64,000 nucleotides of DNA from Macrostomum lignano (lineage: Eukaryota): positions 232,285-296,284 of the forward strand of contig NIVC01001758.1 of assembly GCA_002269645.1 (NCBI GenBank), written 5' to 3'. The number at the start of each line of letters is the position of its first letter. The first letter of the stretch is position 1. The notes below the pieces were generated by a model. It was not told the DNA's origin. It did not search any database and saw nothing but the letters and a program-made list of their open reading frames with translations. Positions 12,201 through 25,399 of the stretch are shown here, piece after piece. The translations under genes were made by a program, and so were the position numbers.

Positions 12201-15100
12201 ACGCACTGTCGATGACGCACAAATTCTCGGTTACGTCACCAAGCTTTGCGCAACTGTTTTCAACAAATAAATCACACAAATCGCTCTCCCTCCTGCAGTC
12301 TCGCTCCAGCGGCGACGGCGGCAAAGGTGCCGACGATATTATCGACAGCGTCGCGGCCGACATCCTGGATCGCCTGCCGAAAGATTTCGACATCGAGATA
12401 TCGTTGAGAAAATATCCGACCAGCTATAAGCAGAGCATGAACACGGTCCTGGTGCAGGAGATGGTCAGGTTCAACGCGCTGCTCAGCGTCATCAGAAGCT
12501 CGCTGGAAAACATCCGCAAAGCCATCAAGGGCCTTGTGGTGATGTCGCCAGACCTCGAGGAGGTGACCTCCAGTCTGTTGAAGTCCAAAATCCCCGGCAT
12601 GTGGATGAAGAAGAGCTATCCATCGTTGAAGCCGGTCGGTTCCTACGTTAATGACTTCCTAGCGAGGCTGAAGTTCCTTCAGGTAAGCGGGGCTCTGAAT
12701 CTATAAAGCGTTCAATACATCTGCAAATTTCACGAAACAATATGCTTGTTTGCCAGTAACATGGCGCAGACAAGGAGGGAGAGGTAGAAAGGATTCTAAA
12801 GAAAGGGATAGAAGAAAAGGGCGCCGTAGCCTATAGTGGTCTAGCGCGGCGCTCTGATGTGCCAGCAGCCCAGGTTCGATTTCAAGTGCAGTCACATTGA
12901 TTTGGGGCTAAATTGGAACCTCGGTTCGGCTCTGCTCGTGCAATTAACGACGCATTTTGAGGGCCGCTGTACACTCCTGTGTGAGTGTGTGCCTGTGCGC
13001 ATGACTGCGTACGTATCCGCGCGCTTGTGTGCCTGCTCAGGGGAGTCGGCGGAATGGGCAGTAATGCCTCTCGCCGGTTGTGTGACAATGTCGCTTGAAG
13101 TGCGCTAGGGTGCACACAGACCCCTGCCTCTAATAAAAGATAGGGATAGAAGAAGAGTGGATAGAGGGAGAATGGATAAACAGGAAGAGAGGTGGAGTCG
13201 AGAAAAAAAGAAAATGCGATAAGGAGAGAGACCGATTAAGCGACCCAGTTTCCCTATCCAAACGCTATTACTACATGTAACTCTTTCTAGGACTTTAAAA
13301 TGGGAAAAAACTATCCGCAGACAAGTGAATTAGCTAGCCCATCAAACTCCCCTCGCACAGGACTGGTTCGACAACGGACCGCCTCCGGTGTTCTGGGTGT
13401 CCGGCTTCTACTTTACCCAGGCCTTCCTGACCGGAGTGCAGCAGAACTTTGCCAGAAAGTACACCATCCCAATCGACTTGCTGGCATTCGACTTCGAGAT
13501 AATGGATGACAAGCAATACGACACGGAGCCGGAGGATGGTAAGGGCGGATTCTTTAGGGAATTTTAACTCAATGCACACCCAATCAGCGACAAAATAAGG
13601 TGGGCAAGCAAACAAGCCTTCAGTCAATTTTTGAGTTAGACGCGTTATCAGCTGAACTCCGCATTTGCAGACCAACTATGTGGGAAAGAATTATTTTGGG
13701 GTTCACCAGAAACAATATGCAGATTTTTGCTCATGAAGACTCAAACCCAACTGGAGGCGTGTTTTACGTTCCTGACTATTGAGCTCCAGGAGTCTGTGTT
13801 TAATAATTACCTGAGGCTGTGGGTCGGCTGTCGTCAGTACCTGTGCACAGCCCCATTGGAAACTAACTAAACCTCCGATCGACACAACCAACAGGTGCCT
13901 ACGTTCAAGGACTCTTTGTTGTTGGCGCCAGATGGGACAGGCAGCGCAAGCAGCTGGCCGAGTCAACACCGAAAGTGCTGCACGACACGGTGCCGACGGT
14001 GAGTGCGATTGTTCAAGTCTGATTTAGTCTAGTGCAACAGGTATGACGGAATTAAGCACCTAGATATAGATCCTGCAACCAATTCTAGATTAGTGCAACA
14101 GGTGTGACAGAATTAAACACATAGATCTTGATCCTGCAACCAACACCTAGATTAGTCTAACAGGTGTGACGGAAGATAAACACATAGCTATCTTGATCCT
14201 GCAACCAACACCTAGATTAGTCTAACAGGTGTGACGGAAGATAAACACATAGCTATCTTGATCCTGCAACCAACATCTAGATTAGTCCAACAGGTGTGAC
14301 GGAAGATAAACACATAGATCTAGATCCTGCAACCAACATCTAGATTAGTCCAACAGGTGTGACGGAAGATAAACACATAGATCTAGATCCTGCAGCCAAA
14401 CCCCTAGATTAATTAGTGCAACAGGTGTGACAGAAATAAACATCTAGATCTAGATCCTGCAGCCAAACCCCTAGATTAATTAGTGCAAAAGATGTGACAG
14501 AATTAAACATCTAGATCTAGATCCTGCAGCCAAACCCCTAGATTAATTAGTGCAACAGGTGTGACAGAATTAAACATCTATATCTAGATCCTGCAGCCAA
14601 ACCCCTAGATTAATTAGTGCAACAGGTGTGACAGACTTAAACATCTATATCTAGATCCTGCAGCCAAACCCCTAGATTAATTAGTGCAACAGGTGTGACA
14701 GACTTAAACATCTAGATCTAGATCCTGCAGCCAAACCCCTAGATTAATTAGTGCAACAGGTGACAGAATTAAACATCTATATCTTGATCCTGCAACCAAA
14801 ACCCTAGATTAGTGCAACAGGTGTGACGGAGGTTATCACTTGTCCTGCAACGCCCCGAATCCTAAAACCAAAACCAATTTCTCAACACCGCAGGTGTGGC
14901 TGAAACCGGCGAAGCGCTCGGACATAGACCCGGGCAGCAGCTACCACTGTCCAATCTACAAAACCTCCGAGCGTCGCGGTGTCCTCTCCACCACAGGCCA
15001 CTCAACCAACTACGTGATGGCCATGACCATTCCAACCGACAAGCCGCAGTCCCACTGGATTATGCGAGGAGTGGCGCTTATCTGCCAACTGGACGAATGA
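222..15100 (+). CDS. DNAH7: Axonemal inner-arm dynein heavy chain 7 (5'-partial, multi-exon)
   Basis: Exons inferred from GT-AG sites and frame continuity: 222-341, 426-609, 707-3809, 3904-4465, 4548-10802, 10956-11093, 12299-12682, 13361-13538, 13895-13998, 14894-15100 (TGA). P-loops [32 protein letters not shown]; CFDEFNRI; C-terminal [10 protein letters not shown]...[11 protein letters not shown]. The tail motifs (LMTSQLQ, FEPNF, IETKLY, AEKAL.LP.NT) match DNAH7 as recalled. At least 7 apparent 1-bp deletions break the frame between ~1260 and ~2610. Confidence 0.93.
12819..13135 (+). mobile_element. tRNA-derived SINE, full length, in a DNAH7 intron
   Basis: tRNA-like head with A-box-like TAGCCTATAGTGG and B-box GGTTCGATTTC; ends CTCTAATA. 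Flanked by a 19-bp direct repeat AAAGA(A/T)AGGGATAGAAGAA (12798-12816 and 13136-13154, 1 mismatch). The 3' half recurs at 29991-30172. Confidence 0.75.
14020..14830. repeat. Intronic minisatellite, 62-67-bp unit
   Basis: Repeating TAGATCCTGCAGCCAAACCCCTAGATTAATTAGTGCAACAGGTGTGACAGAATTAAACATCTAGATC in the last DNAH7 intron. Confidence 0.95.
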
Positions 15101-16029
15101 AAATTTACACGTTTCCATGCGGTTGCTACACTGGGGGGATTTAACATGTTTTTTACTTGGTACTTGTAGATTCCGGCTTTTCTCTGTTTTTTTTCTCTGT
15201 CTGTTAACTGCCAAAGGAGCTCAAAAAAACCAGCAGAGACTAATATATGGATTGCACAAGATTTCCAATTCCTGAACCCACAAGAAAACTCTCCATTCCC
15301 ATTGGAACTTTTAACAGCATCAATTGGCGCGCCTAATGATAAATTCACACTTTTAACGGAACCCCCTTCACTGTGTTTGGCTTCACTGATAAAAAATTGA
15401 TTGGCCCTCTTCCGTGTATCTCGAAAAGTTTTTTTTACACATTTCTATATGTCTTTTTAACCAGAAATAGAATGTTCTTTACAGACTACTTATAAAATAT
15501 GAAGAGCAAATTGTAATATAAAAACATGGTGGTTTAAAGTGCTCTACTTTGCTTAGAAAAAGTACTAAAAAGTGTACAAGACAATAAAAAAAAATTACAC
15601 AGAATCGAGTAAATTCTAGCTTACTGTCGGTACAATTTCTGTAAAGGACAGGCGCACTTGACAAAGCTGTACGCTACACATCTCCAAGGTGAATTTATAT
15701 TTTCCTACTGTAATTTATATTAATTCAACAATATATGCTCTGCTTCAGCGAACTAATATCAGATTTCTAATGAATACAAATAACTTTTATTTTTTTGGTT
15801 GCGCTGTTGTTTAAAGAATCGAAATATACTTTAAAAAATATTAGATAGCCACCGAGCTAGGTTTTGTTTCCACGAGACTCGCCTTCGACTTTAAAATAGA
15901 ATCTCTTTTCGCGAAATCGCTTTTAGTAATAATATGGCTACGAAAATGAATTCCTACTTGGTTCTCCTAGCAACTAGGGCTAGGGGTGAATTCGATTCAT
16001 TTCATTAGTTTAGTTTAACCTATTCAACC

Positions 16030-17720
16030 AACCGGGAACCTGTCCAAAAACACCCGTACGGCACCCATTCCAACAACCAGGAACCGGTCTAAAAACACCT
16101 GTAGGGCACCTGTCTAAATTTACTGTAGGGCACCCATTCCAACAACCGGGAACCTGTCCAAAAACATCCGTAGGGCACTTGTCTAAATGTACTGTAGGGC
16201 ACCCATTCCAACAACCGGGAACCTGTCCAAAAACACCTGTAGGGCACTCATTCTAACAACCGGGAACCTGTCCAAAAACACCTGTAGGGCATACATTCCA
16301 ACAACCGGGAACCTGTCCAAAAACATCCGTAGGGCACCTGTCTAAATGTACTGTAGGGCACTCATTCCAACAACCGGGAACCTGTCCAAAAACATCCGTA
16401 GGGCACCTGTCTAAATGTACTGTAGGGCACCCATTCCAACAACCGGGAACCTGTCTAAAAACACCCGTAGGGCACCCATTCTACCAACCGGGAACCTGTC
16501 CAAAAACACCCGTAGGGCACCCATTCTACCAACCGGGAACCTGTCCAAAAACACCTGTAGGGCACCCATTCCAACAACCGGGAACCTGTCTAAAAACACC
16601 CGTCGGGCACCCATTCCAACAACCAGAAACCTGTCCAAAAACACCCGTAGGGCACCCATTCCAACAACCGGGAACCTGTCCAAAAACACCCGTAGGGCAC
16701 CTGTCTAAAATCTACTGTAGGGCACTCATTCCAACAACCAGAAACCTGTCCAAAAACACCTGTAGGGCACCCATTCCAACAACCGGGAACCTGTCCAAAA
16801 ACACCCGTAGGGCACCCATTCTAACAACCAGAAACCTGTCCAAAAACACCAGTAGGGCACCCATTCCAACAACCGGTAACCTGTCCAAAAACACCCGTAG
16901 GGCACCCATTCCAACAACCAGAAACCTGTCCAAAAACACCAGTAGGGCACCCATTCCAACAACCGGGAACCTGTCCAAAAACACCCGTAGGGCACCCATT
17001 CCAACAACCAGAAACCTGTCCAAAAACCCTTGTAGGGCACCCATTCCAACAACCAGAAACCTGTCCAAAAACACCTGTAGGGCACCCATTCCAACAATCG
17101 GGAACCTGTCCAAAAACACCTGTAGGGCACCCATTCCAACAACCGGGAACCTGTCCAAAAACACCCGTAGGGCACCTGTCCAAAATCTACTGTAGGGCAC
17201 TCATTCTACCAACCGGGAACCTGTCCAAAAACACCCGTAGGGCACCCATTCCAACAACCGGGAACCTGTCCAAAAACACCTGTAGGGCACCCATTCCAAC
17301 AATCGGGAACCTGTCCAAAAACACCCGTAGGGCACCCATTCCAACAACCGGTAACCTGTCCAAAAACACCCGTAGGGCACCTGTCCAAAATCTACTGTAA
17401 GGCACCCATTCCAACAACCAGGAACCTGTCCAAAAACACCCGTAGGGCACCTGTCTAAAATCTACTGTAGGGCACTCATTCTACCAAACGGGAACCTGTC
17501 CAAAAACACCCGTAGGGCACCCATTCCAACAACCGGGAACCTGTCCAAAAACACCTGTAGGGCACCCATTCCAACAACCGGGAACCTGTCTAAAAACACC
17601 TGTAGGGCACCCATTCCAACAACCGGGAACCTGTCCAAAAACACCCGTAGGGCACTCATTCCAACAACCGGGAACCTGTCCAAAAACACCCGTAGGGCAC
17701 TCATTCCAACAACCGGGAAC
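16030..17720. repeat. Minisatellite, 45-bp unit with interspersed short variant units
   Basis: GTAGGGCACCCATTCCAACAACCGGGAACCTGTCCAAAAACACCC repeated, between the convergent 3' ends of DNAH7 and SIRT1. Confidence 0.97.
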
Positions 17721-18424
17721 GAGCAGTCCTTAAACTAAAAGTAAGCATTAACACACAGGAATTGACAGACATTTTCGGATCAGTAGGAATATTATGTTTT
17801 AAAAATAAACTCACTCAGAGTTCGAGAATTAAAAAGATGAATTATTTGTATTTTTTAACTTGCTCGTACACTTACACGACAGACCAACTGCGAAGGGAGA
17901 AACGAGCACCGCTTATTGTACAATAACAAACAAGGTCAACGGTTTGTTGCAAAGCCTGGATTAAACTAGACAGATGATTTTACTCTCACTAAGGCTGGCC
18001 TGATATGGACAAAAAAAGGCCAAACGGGATTAGCGACTGGTTTGTGTACGCGCAACATTCGCAAGACCGGGCCGTAAACAGATTACAGAGACTGGTGGGG
18101 GGACAGTAGGCAAAGTATTACAAGTTATAAAAGCATAAAAATAGTGAAATATTATATACAGGCATACAAGTATGAAAGAGAAATACCCACAAAAACTTAT
18201 TTAATGTATTGTATTAGTTATAGTGGCTGGGCTCATAATTGCGATTTGTAATAGTTAAGGGGATTAATGGACTCAAGTTAGGATTCGTAGCGGTTGGGTT
18301 GCATTGTAGATAACTACAGTAACATAACTACAGGCTGATTACAGTTACATTTAACTCACTATAGACTGGTACATGATGAAATGTCAAGCGCTTGACAAGG
18401 AATATATGGAAACAAGTGAACAGA

Positions 18425-18681
18425 CAGACAGACATGAGAAAGTTTACGGAGACAGGTAGAAAGTGGACAGCTAGACAGATAGACAGTAGACGAGACAGGT
18501 AAGACCATGGACGGAAAAAAAAGTAGATAGTGCAGACAGATAGTGGAAAGAGTCATGCAGACAGACAGGTACACAGTGGACAGAGTCAGACAGACAGACA
18601 GGCAGATACACAGTGGACAGAGTCAGGTAGACAGACAGGTACACAGTGGACAGAGTCAGACAGACAGACAGACAGACACTA

Positions 18682-18716
<35 letters not shown>

Positions 18717-19006
18717 GACAGACAGAGACAGACAGATAGGTACACAGTGGACAGAGTCAGGCAGACAGACAGTCAGGCAGACAGACAGACAGACAGAGAC
18801 AGACAGGTACACAGTGGACAGAGTCAGACAGACAGACAGACAGGTACACAGTGGACAGAGTCAGACAGACAGACAGACAGACAGAGACAGACAGAGACAG
18901 ACAGATAGGTACACAGTGGACAGAGTCAGGCAGACAGACAGTCAGGCAGACAGACAGACAGACAGAGACAGACAGGTACACAGTGGACAGAGTCAGACAG
19001 ACGGAC

Positions 19007-19041
<35 letters not shown>

Positions 19042-19075
19042 GGTACACAGTGGACAGAGTCAGGTAGATAGTGCA
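18425..19075. repeat. Compound (GACA)n microsatellite
   Basis: GACA runs punctuated by recurring GGTACACAGTGGACAGAGTCAG blocks. Confidence 0.95.
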
Positions 19076-19442
19076 GAGTCAAGAGAAAAACACAAAACTA
19101 GAAGAGAGAGAAGTGAGAAGTGAGACTTAGTGAGCAATAAAAAATAGATACATTTACGCTCGTATTTACAGAAAAAAGACAAAAAACTTCGATGCAAAAG
19201 TACAGTTAAGTTGTCTTGATCAAATCCAAGGACTCCAAGCAATTAGAAGCTCAAACGCAAGAGACCCCCGTCCTCACGGGAAGAAGAGGCAGACGCAAAG
19301 CTAAAATTTTATTAAAATTCCAAAATTTCAACAATTATTTCGTGTCAAACGTAGACCAAAGCGTGCACTAAAAATGCAAGCAAAGTATTATAATGCGCGA
19401 ACGAATACAAAAATATTATAAGGTGCAACACAAACCAACTGT

Positions 19443-21336
19443 TTAATCAACGTCGCAGTTGAGCAGCTCGTCTTCCTCTGCGTCGCCGATTTCGCCAACG
19501 CCGCCAACGCCAGCCGCGGGTGCCTTCGGACTCGGAACGGTCGCCGACTCAACAGGTGGCGATGAAGATTCAGCCATCGCGGCAGTTGCCTGATTGGCTT
19601 TCTCAGCTTCCGGATTATCATCGATAGTGATTATCGATCGATCTTCATCAGCTGGCTGTTCAGCCTCCTCTTCGATCAGTATTTCTTCATCTTCATTATC
19701 TTCATCAGAGCTGACCAGATTGACTACGACAGGCGACCCGGGCTCCTCGTAGTCCGTCAAGTCTTCTTCATCTTCATCGTCGAATTCTTCTTCATCATCA
19801 TCATCGTCATCTTCTTCATCATCTTCGTCGTAGTCAGCTTCCTCATCTTCGGAGCAGATCTCGTCCGGGTGCGCCTCGGCGCCCGGGAACACGTATTTAT
19901 TCGGCGGGAATCTGGCAAAGGCGCCATCCGGCAGGTAGGCCGACAAATTGCAGTCGTCCTCGTGCGGCGTGGCCGAGGCGTCCGATTCAGCGGCTTCTGT
20001 TACTGTCGCTACCGCTGCCGACGAGGATGACGGCTCCGAGGAAGATGAAGGGCCGGGATGTTCAACTTGCCCGGCTGTCGTCGAGCCCGACGTAGAAGCC
20101 GAAGCAGCGTCGACGGCGGGTTTTTCGGCATCTTTTGCCGCTTTATCAGCCGACTGCTCAGCGGCGGCAGCGTACGCTAGTCGACGCCTCTCTAACAGTT
20201 CTTCACCGCGAATTTCTGACAATTGACCGTCGGCCTCGTCGGCGACGCCTTCCCAGCCGAGCCGGCGGCACAACTCCGCCACAATCCGGTCGCAGTCGCC
20301 TAGCAGGCAAACGTCGAAATTGTGCTGATGCAGCGGCTCGCGATTGATTAGAATCTGCGGCACTCGGCTTGGCAAACTGCTCGGAATAAGGCTGACTGGT
20401 TGTACTTTTAGCGACGACCCGATCACGATCAGCAGGTCGGCTTGGCTCTCGTCTTGGCTAATGCAATCGTAGAATTCTACTGGCAGAGATTCGCCAAAGA
20501 ACACAATATCAGGCTTTAATACGGCAGGATTTGTTGGCGCTGATTCTGCCACTGCAGCTGCTGACGAAGTTGACGGACTAGTAGTAGCAGCGGATTCTGC
20601 ATCATCCTTAGACTTATCAGCTTTATCGCTACTTGAGCACTTGGGACACATTGGTATGCGCTCGTTCATGATATCATCTTTAATGACATCGGAGTCAACC
20701 TTGTGCTTGCACCGCATACAGGAAGCTGTGGCAAACGAGCCGTGACAGTTCAGCACGCGTTGTATGCCGGCCGACCGTTCCAGTGTGTCGATATTCTGCG
20801 AATAGTTGCGCAACAGCCGGCCGCGCTCCTCCAAGGCGCGGATAAATCGATGCGACGGGCTGGGCTTAAACAGGCCCGGATAAATCTCTTTGGCGAACTT
20901 GAAAAACGGCCGCTGATCCTGTCTAAAGTAGCTGATGTCAAACATTGAATGCGGATCTGGCAGCTCCGGATACTGGGTGGCCAGCCGAGCGTAGATGCCG
21001 TCGCGCGACCGGAAATCCGGGATGCCGCAGGAGACGGACACCCCGGCGCCCGTGAGCACCAGCACGCGCTGACAGGTGTTCAGAAGGACAACAACATCGT
21101 CGAGGGTTGATACGTTTTCTAGACGCTTGCGTCTAGTCGGCTCAGTAACTAGACGAAGCAGCAGCTGCCAGAGAGCTTCTTCGGGCGCCTGGAAGCCGGA
21201 CATGTCCGAGCCAATCAGCGAGGTGAGCAGGTCGCGCGGATTCAAGCCGCGATCGCGCAGGTGCTGAACATATTCAACGTCGCTTCGAGGCATCGCCGGG
21301 ACCCGGTGGCTGACCCCGACAATCTGACAGTCGTCG

Positions 21337-21375
<39 letters not shown>

Positions 21376-24300
21376 ACCGTTTCGACTTCATTGTCGCCTG
21401 CAACTGCCGCCGCCGCCTCCTCGTCGTCGCCTTCGCTGATGACAACCACCGAAGTCTGCGAGGAGAGTTGGATGGAGCTCTGGGGTTTCTGGCTTAAAGC
21501 GATGCTTTAGGAGTGCATTTGCACCCTGGATTAGAGGCCTGTAAGAGTGACTGGGCCCTGGATTAGAGGCCTGTGATACTGACTGGGCCTGGATTAAAGG
21601 CCTTTGATACTGACTGGGCCCTGGAGGCCTGTAAGAGTGACTGGGCCCTGGATTAGAGGCCTGTGATACTGACTGGGCCTGGATTAAAGGCCTTTGATAC
21701 TGACTGGGCCCTGGAGGCCTGTAAGAGTGACTGGGCCCTGGATTAGAGGCCTATAAGAGTGACTGGGCCCTGGATTAGAGGCCTGTGATACTGACTGGGC
21801 CCTGGATTAGAGGCCTGTGATAGTGACTGGGCCTGGATTAGAGGCCTGTGATAGTGACTGGGCCTGGATTAGAGGCCTGTGATACTGACTGGGCCCTGGA
21901 TTAGAGGCCTGGATTACTGACTGGGCCCTAGATTAGAGGCCTGTGATAGTGACTGGGCCCTGGATTAGAAGCCTGTGATAGTGACTGGGCCTGGATTAGA
22001 GGTCTGTGATACTTACTGGGCCCTGGATTAGAGGCCTGTGATAGTGACTGGGCCTGGATTAGAGGTCTGTGATACTTACTGGGCCCTGGATTAGAGGCCT
22101 GTGATACCTACTGGGCCCTGGATTAGAGGCCTGTGATAGTGACTGGGCCCTGGATTAGTGGCCTGTGATAGTGACTGGATCTGGGAATATATAGTTTTAG
22201 TTTGAACAAAAGAAGGTTGGTAGAGAAGCGAGCATTTTTTGCTAATTCCTACAATAACACAAAGTCCAAAGTTTTGTCAGGTTACCTCAGACTGGTTTCC
22301 AGGCAGTGAAATCTTGCTAGGTGACTCCATATTAGTAGAGTTGGCATCTGCTGCCTCTGTTGCTTCATCATTTGCTAATCTTGTATTGGTGACATCATTT
22401 TGACCTTCCTTGTCATTGACTGCCTCTACTGATTCTGACACTGGATGCTCAGCATTGTTGCCATTGTCTTTGTTGTCCCCATTAGTCAGTCTTGGACGCT
22501 TGCCTATTTTGTAATAAAGAAAAGTGCTGTTTAGTTCAAGGTATTAAAGTCACATAAGTAAATAAATAAAGCATCAAAATTAAAACATGTTTATTGTCAT
22601 TAAATTGTACCAACAAACCGAAAACTTTTAATAAAAATTAAAATAAAAACTATAGATATGATTTTCTATCTGATAATAAAAAATATATTGTATCAATAAA
22701 ACAAGCACTCATTGAATTTTCCATATTTGTCACCAAAACATAATTTTGCCATTGAACATCTGTCACAAATATGCAGTGATAGATAGAATTCCAATAGTCT
22801 GATACTCCAATACTGTTAGCAATACCTTTTGGGCATAGGGAATATTAGAAACTAATAATTATAAATGAAATATTTGCATACTCTTATAAAAAGTAATAAC
22901 AAATACTTTAGTTTTAGGTCAAAAAGTATTTTAAAAAAACATTTATTGAATTTATAAAAAATAATTTAATAACTATCATTATAATAATGATTCTATTTTG
23001 TATCAATTTTTTTAGATCAATTATCATGCTGCACATTGCACAATAATGGCATTGTTAATCACTGATTACCACTTGATTATACAATTTCTATAATAGTATA
23101 AATATATTATACTAGTACCTAACTAATAACAAAGAATTTAGTGAACAATGTATAAATAAACAGCAAAACTAAAAAAGTTTTACTTTTTTGGCAGCTTGCA
23201 TTATTGCAACCAAGGTCTAAACCATACTAGATATTCCTTTTTCTCATGCTATGCTAGAAACTGTCTATAATAATGGCTGATTAAATACATCTAAGCTAAG
23301 GGATGAAATATGAAAATGCATTATTTGTAAACTAATAGGCTGTTATACTACTAAAAATGATAATACTAATATTAATATTAGCCAGGACAAAAAAATTGCC
23401 TATAATAATTGGAAAATTAATTTTTAAATATTAGTGCAATTAGGCCCTAATTAATTTTTTTTCTTTTTTAGTTCGTTAAAGGTTTCAAATTAAATTTTTC
23501 TTTGCCTTAAAAATTAAGAAAAGTTAAAAAATCCTTTAATGATATATTTATATTTGTTAAATATTGCCTTCTACAAATTATTGGCATTTATTAAAGTTAT
23601 CAAAATTAAGTATTAAGGTAAAAATTGAATAGATGATATTTAAATTAAGATATTGACTAACAACTAATAAAATTATAAAATTTCTATTCAGGTATTTATA
23701 AAACTATATAGAAAAACCTATAAAATGCTTTTAAAATTCAAATATCAAAAACTAGCAAAATTTAATTTGCAGGTTCCCCAATAGATATTCTGCTGACAGA
23801 TATTTTTTCCTTCAAAAAGATAATTCAAACAAAAAATGAATTCATGTTTTGGGATATATTCTTTACTTTGACACTATATTTAGCTTTAAAAATTTGTAAG
23901 CAGATTTTTTCTGTCCCAAAGGAAAAAACATTGGCATGAATGCAAAGTGTGTCAAAAGATAAATTCATTGGCACCCCTTACAAACACATTTTGGAAACAA
24001 ATATCTCAGGAAATACAAAAGGCAATCATGTGTCTAGGATGTCATTGCAAAGCTGAGACATGCGTCAAGAATTGATAAAAGTTTCAGAGCAAATGATTGA
24101 AGCATTGAGATGCAGCAATAAATCAAAGTTTTGGTTGATCTTTGCCCAATGTTTTTTTCTTTAGGACAGAAAATTTCTGCTTACAAATTTTTAAAGCTGA
24201 ATATGGCATCAGAGTAAAGAATGTACTAATGTTCCACCATAGCCATAGCTACAGCTACAGGATCCTATGGCAAATATGGTAAAATAGGTGCCTATTGCAG

Positions 24301-25385
24301 CTACAGATACGCCTATGGTAGCTAGCTGCTCTTACAGCTACGACTACAGAATATGGTAGTTGTTGTCAAACTCCGTAGATTTCCATAGCCATAGTTATTA
24401 ATGTTAAAAAATTGAAAAAAAACATTAGAAACAAGTAGAGTAAAACAAAGATACTTTTAGTAAACTGTATTATCAACTTAGAAACTTTTAAAATATACTT
24501 AAAAAAGTACACTAAAACACTAGCAAACTCTAATTTTTATTAATGTGAAAAAATTCAGCATTAGTACTTTCAGTAATGATTAAGTATTGTTGCTCTAAAA
24601 AGAGGAAATATAATCTTACAAAGGCAATCCAGTGTTTCTTTTATTTTTTAACTTAATTTGCAGTTGATTAAGCACTAGGTTATCTTCTTGATTCAAAATA
24701 TTTTGTTTTCTAGACTTTTTGTTAAAACTATGGCTATGGGAACTATGGGAATATGATATTATTGGGGTCCCTGATAATATTGGTAATATGGAATATGGAG
24801 AATTGAAATAAGCCATAGTTTTGCTTATAGCTACGGCTATAATATATAGACCCTCTTTACGACAGAACACTACCTGAAACATGAATTCATTTTTTATTAG
24901 AATTATCTGTTTGAAGGAAAAATATCTATTTGGAGAATATCTGTCGAGGAACTGGCACATAAAATTTAAGCCCGGTAAAATATTTGTAGAAAAAAATGCA
25001 ACTTTTTGTTCCAAAATTTCCATGCAAAGATTTAATCCTAGGGCTAGGTGCCAAACATTGCTAAAATTATTTATTACTCAAACTACAAAGGATGCAAATG
25101 CAAATGATTAATTTATCATTAATTTATCCCTAATTATTATCCAAATATCAATTGAGCACATTATATTGATCTTTATCTTTTATAATATATAATCTTAACA
25201 AGGCTAAAACATAGACACAGATACTAAATGTTTAATATAGCTTAAGAATGCAAATAAATAAAAAATTTCTTACTTTCAGTAGATGGTAACACATCTTCAG
25301 CAGGTCTTTTTGGTATTTCAACTTCAATGCCTTCTTTTGCCTTAGTAGTTTGGTTTTTATCTGGTTCACTATCAACTGATTGCAT
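19443..25385 (-). CDS. SIRT1: NAD-dependent protein deacetylase sirtuin-1 (3 coding exons)
   Basis: Exons 25385-25274 (ATG, phase 1), 22503-22286 (KRPRL NLS-like), 21488 (or 21479)-19443 (TAA). Catalytic motifs TGAGVSVSCGIPDFRS, QNIDTLE, CHGSF, Zn-Cys CMRC/CPKC, KPDIVFFGE, IGSSL, PQILINRE, LLGDCD. Long acidic tracts flank the core, as in class Ia sirtuins. Confidence 0.92.
21524..22180. repeat. Intronic minisatellite, 31-32-bp unit
   Basis: GGGCCCTGGATTAGAGGCCTGTGATA(G/C)TGACT repeats in SIRT1 intron 2, ending ~35 nt from the acceptor. Confidence 0.95.
23765..24960. mobile_element. Foldback/MITE-like element with ~170-bp inverted arms; right arm interrupted
   Basis: 23765-23937 is the reverse complement of 24133-24226 joined to 24873-24960; lies in SIRT1 intron 1. 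Confidence 0.75.
24227..24872. mobile_element. hAT-like non-autonomous element nested in the foldback arm
   Basis: Termini TAATGTTCCACC...GACAGAACACTA match the TAGTGTTCYGCC TIR of the 48173-49309 element; similar ATAGCC/ACGGCT subterminal hexamers. No TSD recognisable. Confidence 0.6.
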
Positions 25386-25399
25386 CTTTGAAAAATCTA

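Noticed and set aside
222-15100. DNAH7 as a pseudogene
   Set aside because: Lesions are clustered apparent 1-bp deletions; all P-loops and the remaining CDS are intact.
16030-17720. CRISPR-like array
   Set aside because: Head-to-tail repeats with no unique spacers, no cas genes, and eukaryotic context.
16411-19123. Repetitive ORFs (RVFLDRFPVVGMGAL, QTDR, etc.)
   Set aside because: Translations of tandem repeats, open in several frames on both strands, with no coding context.
24616-25111. AT-rich ORFs in SIRT1 intron 1
   Set aside because: They fall within transposon sequence and have no recognisable domain.
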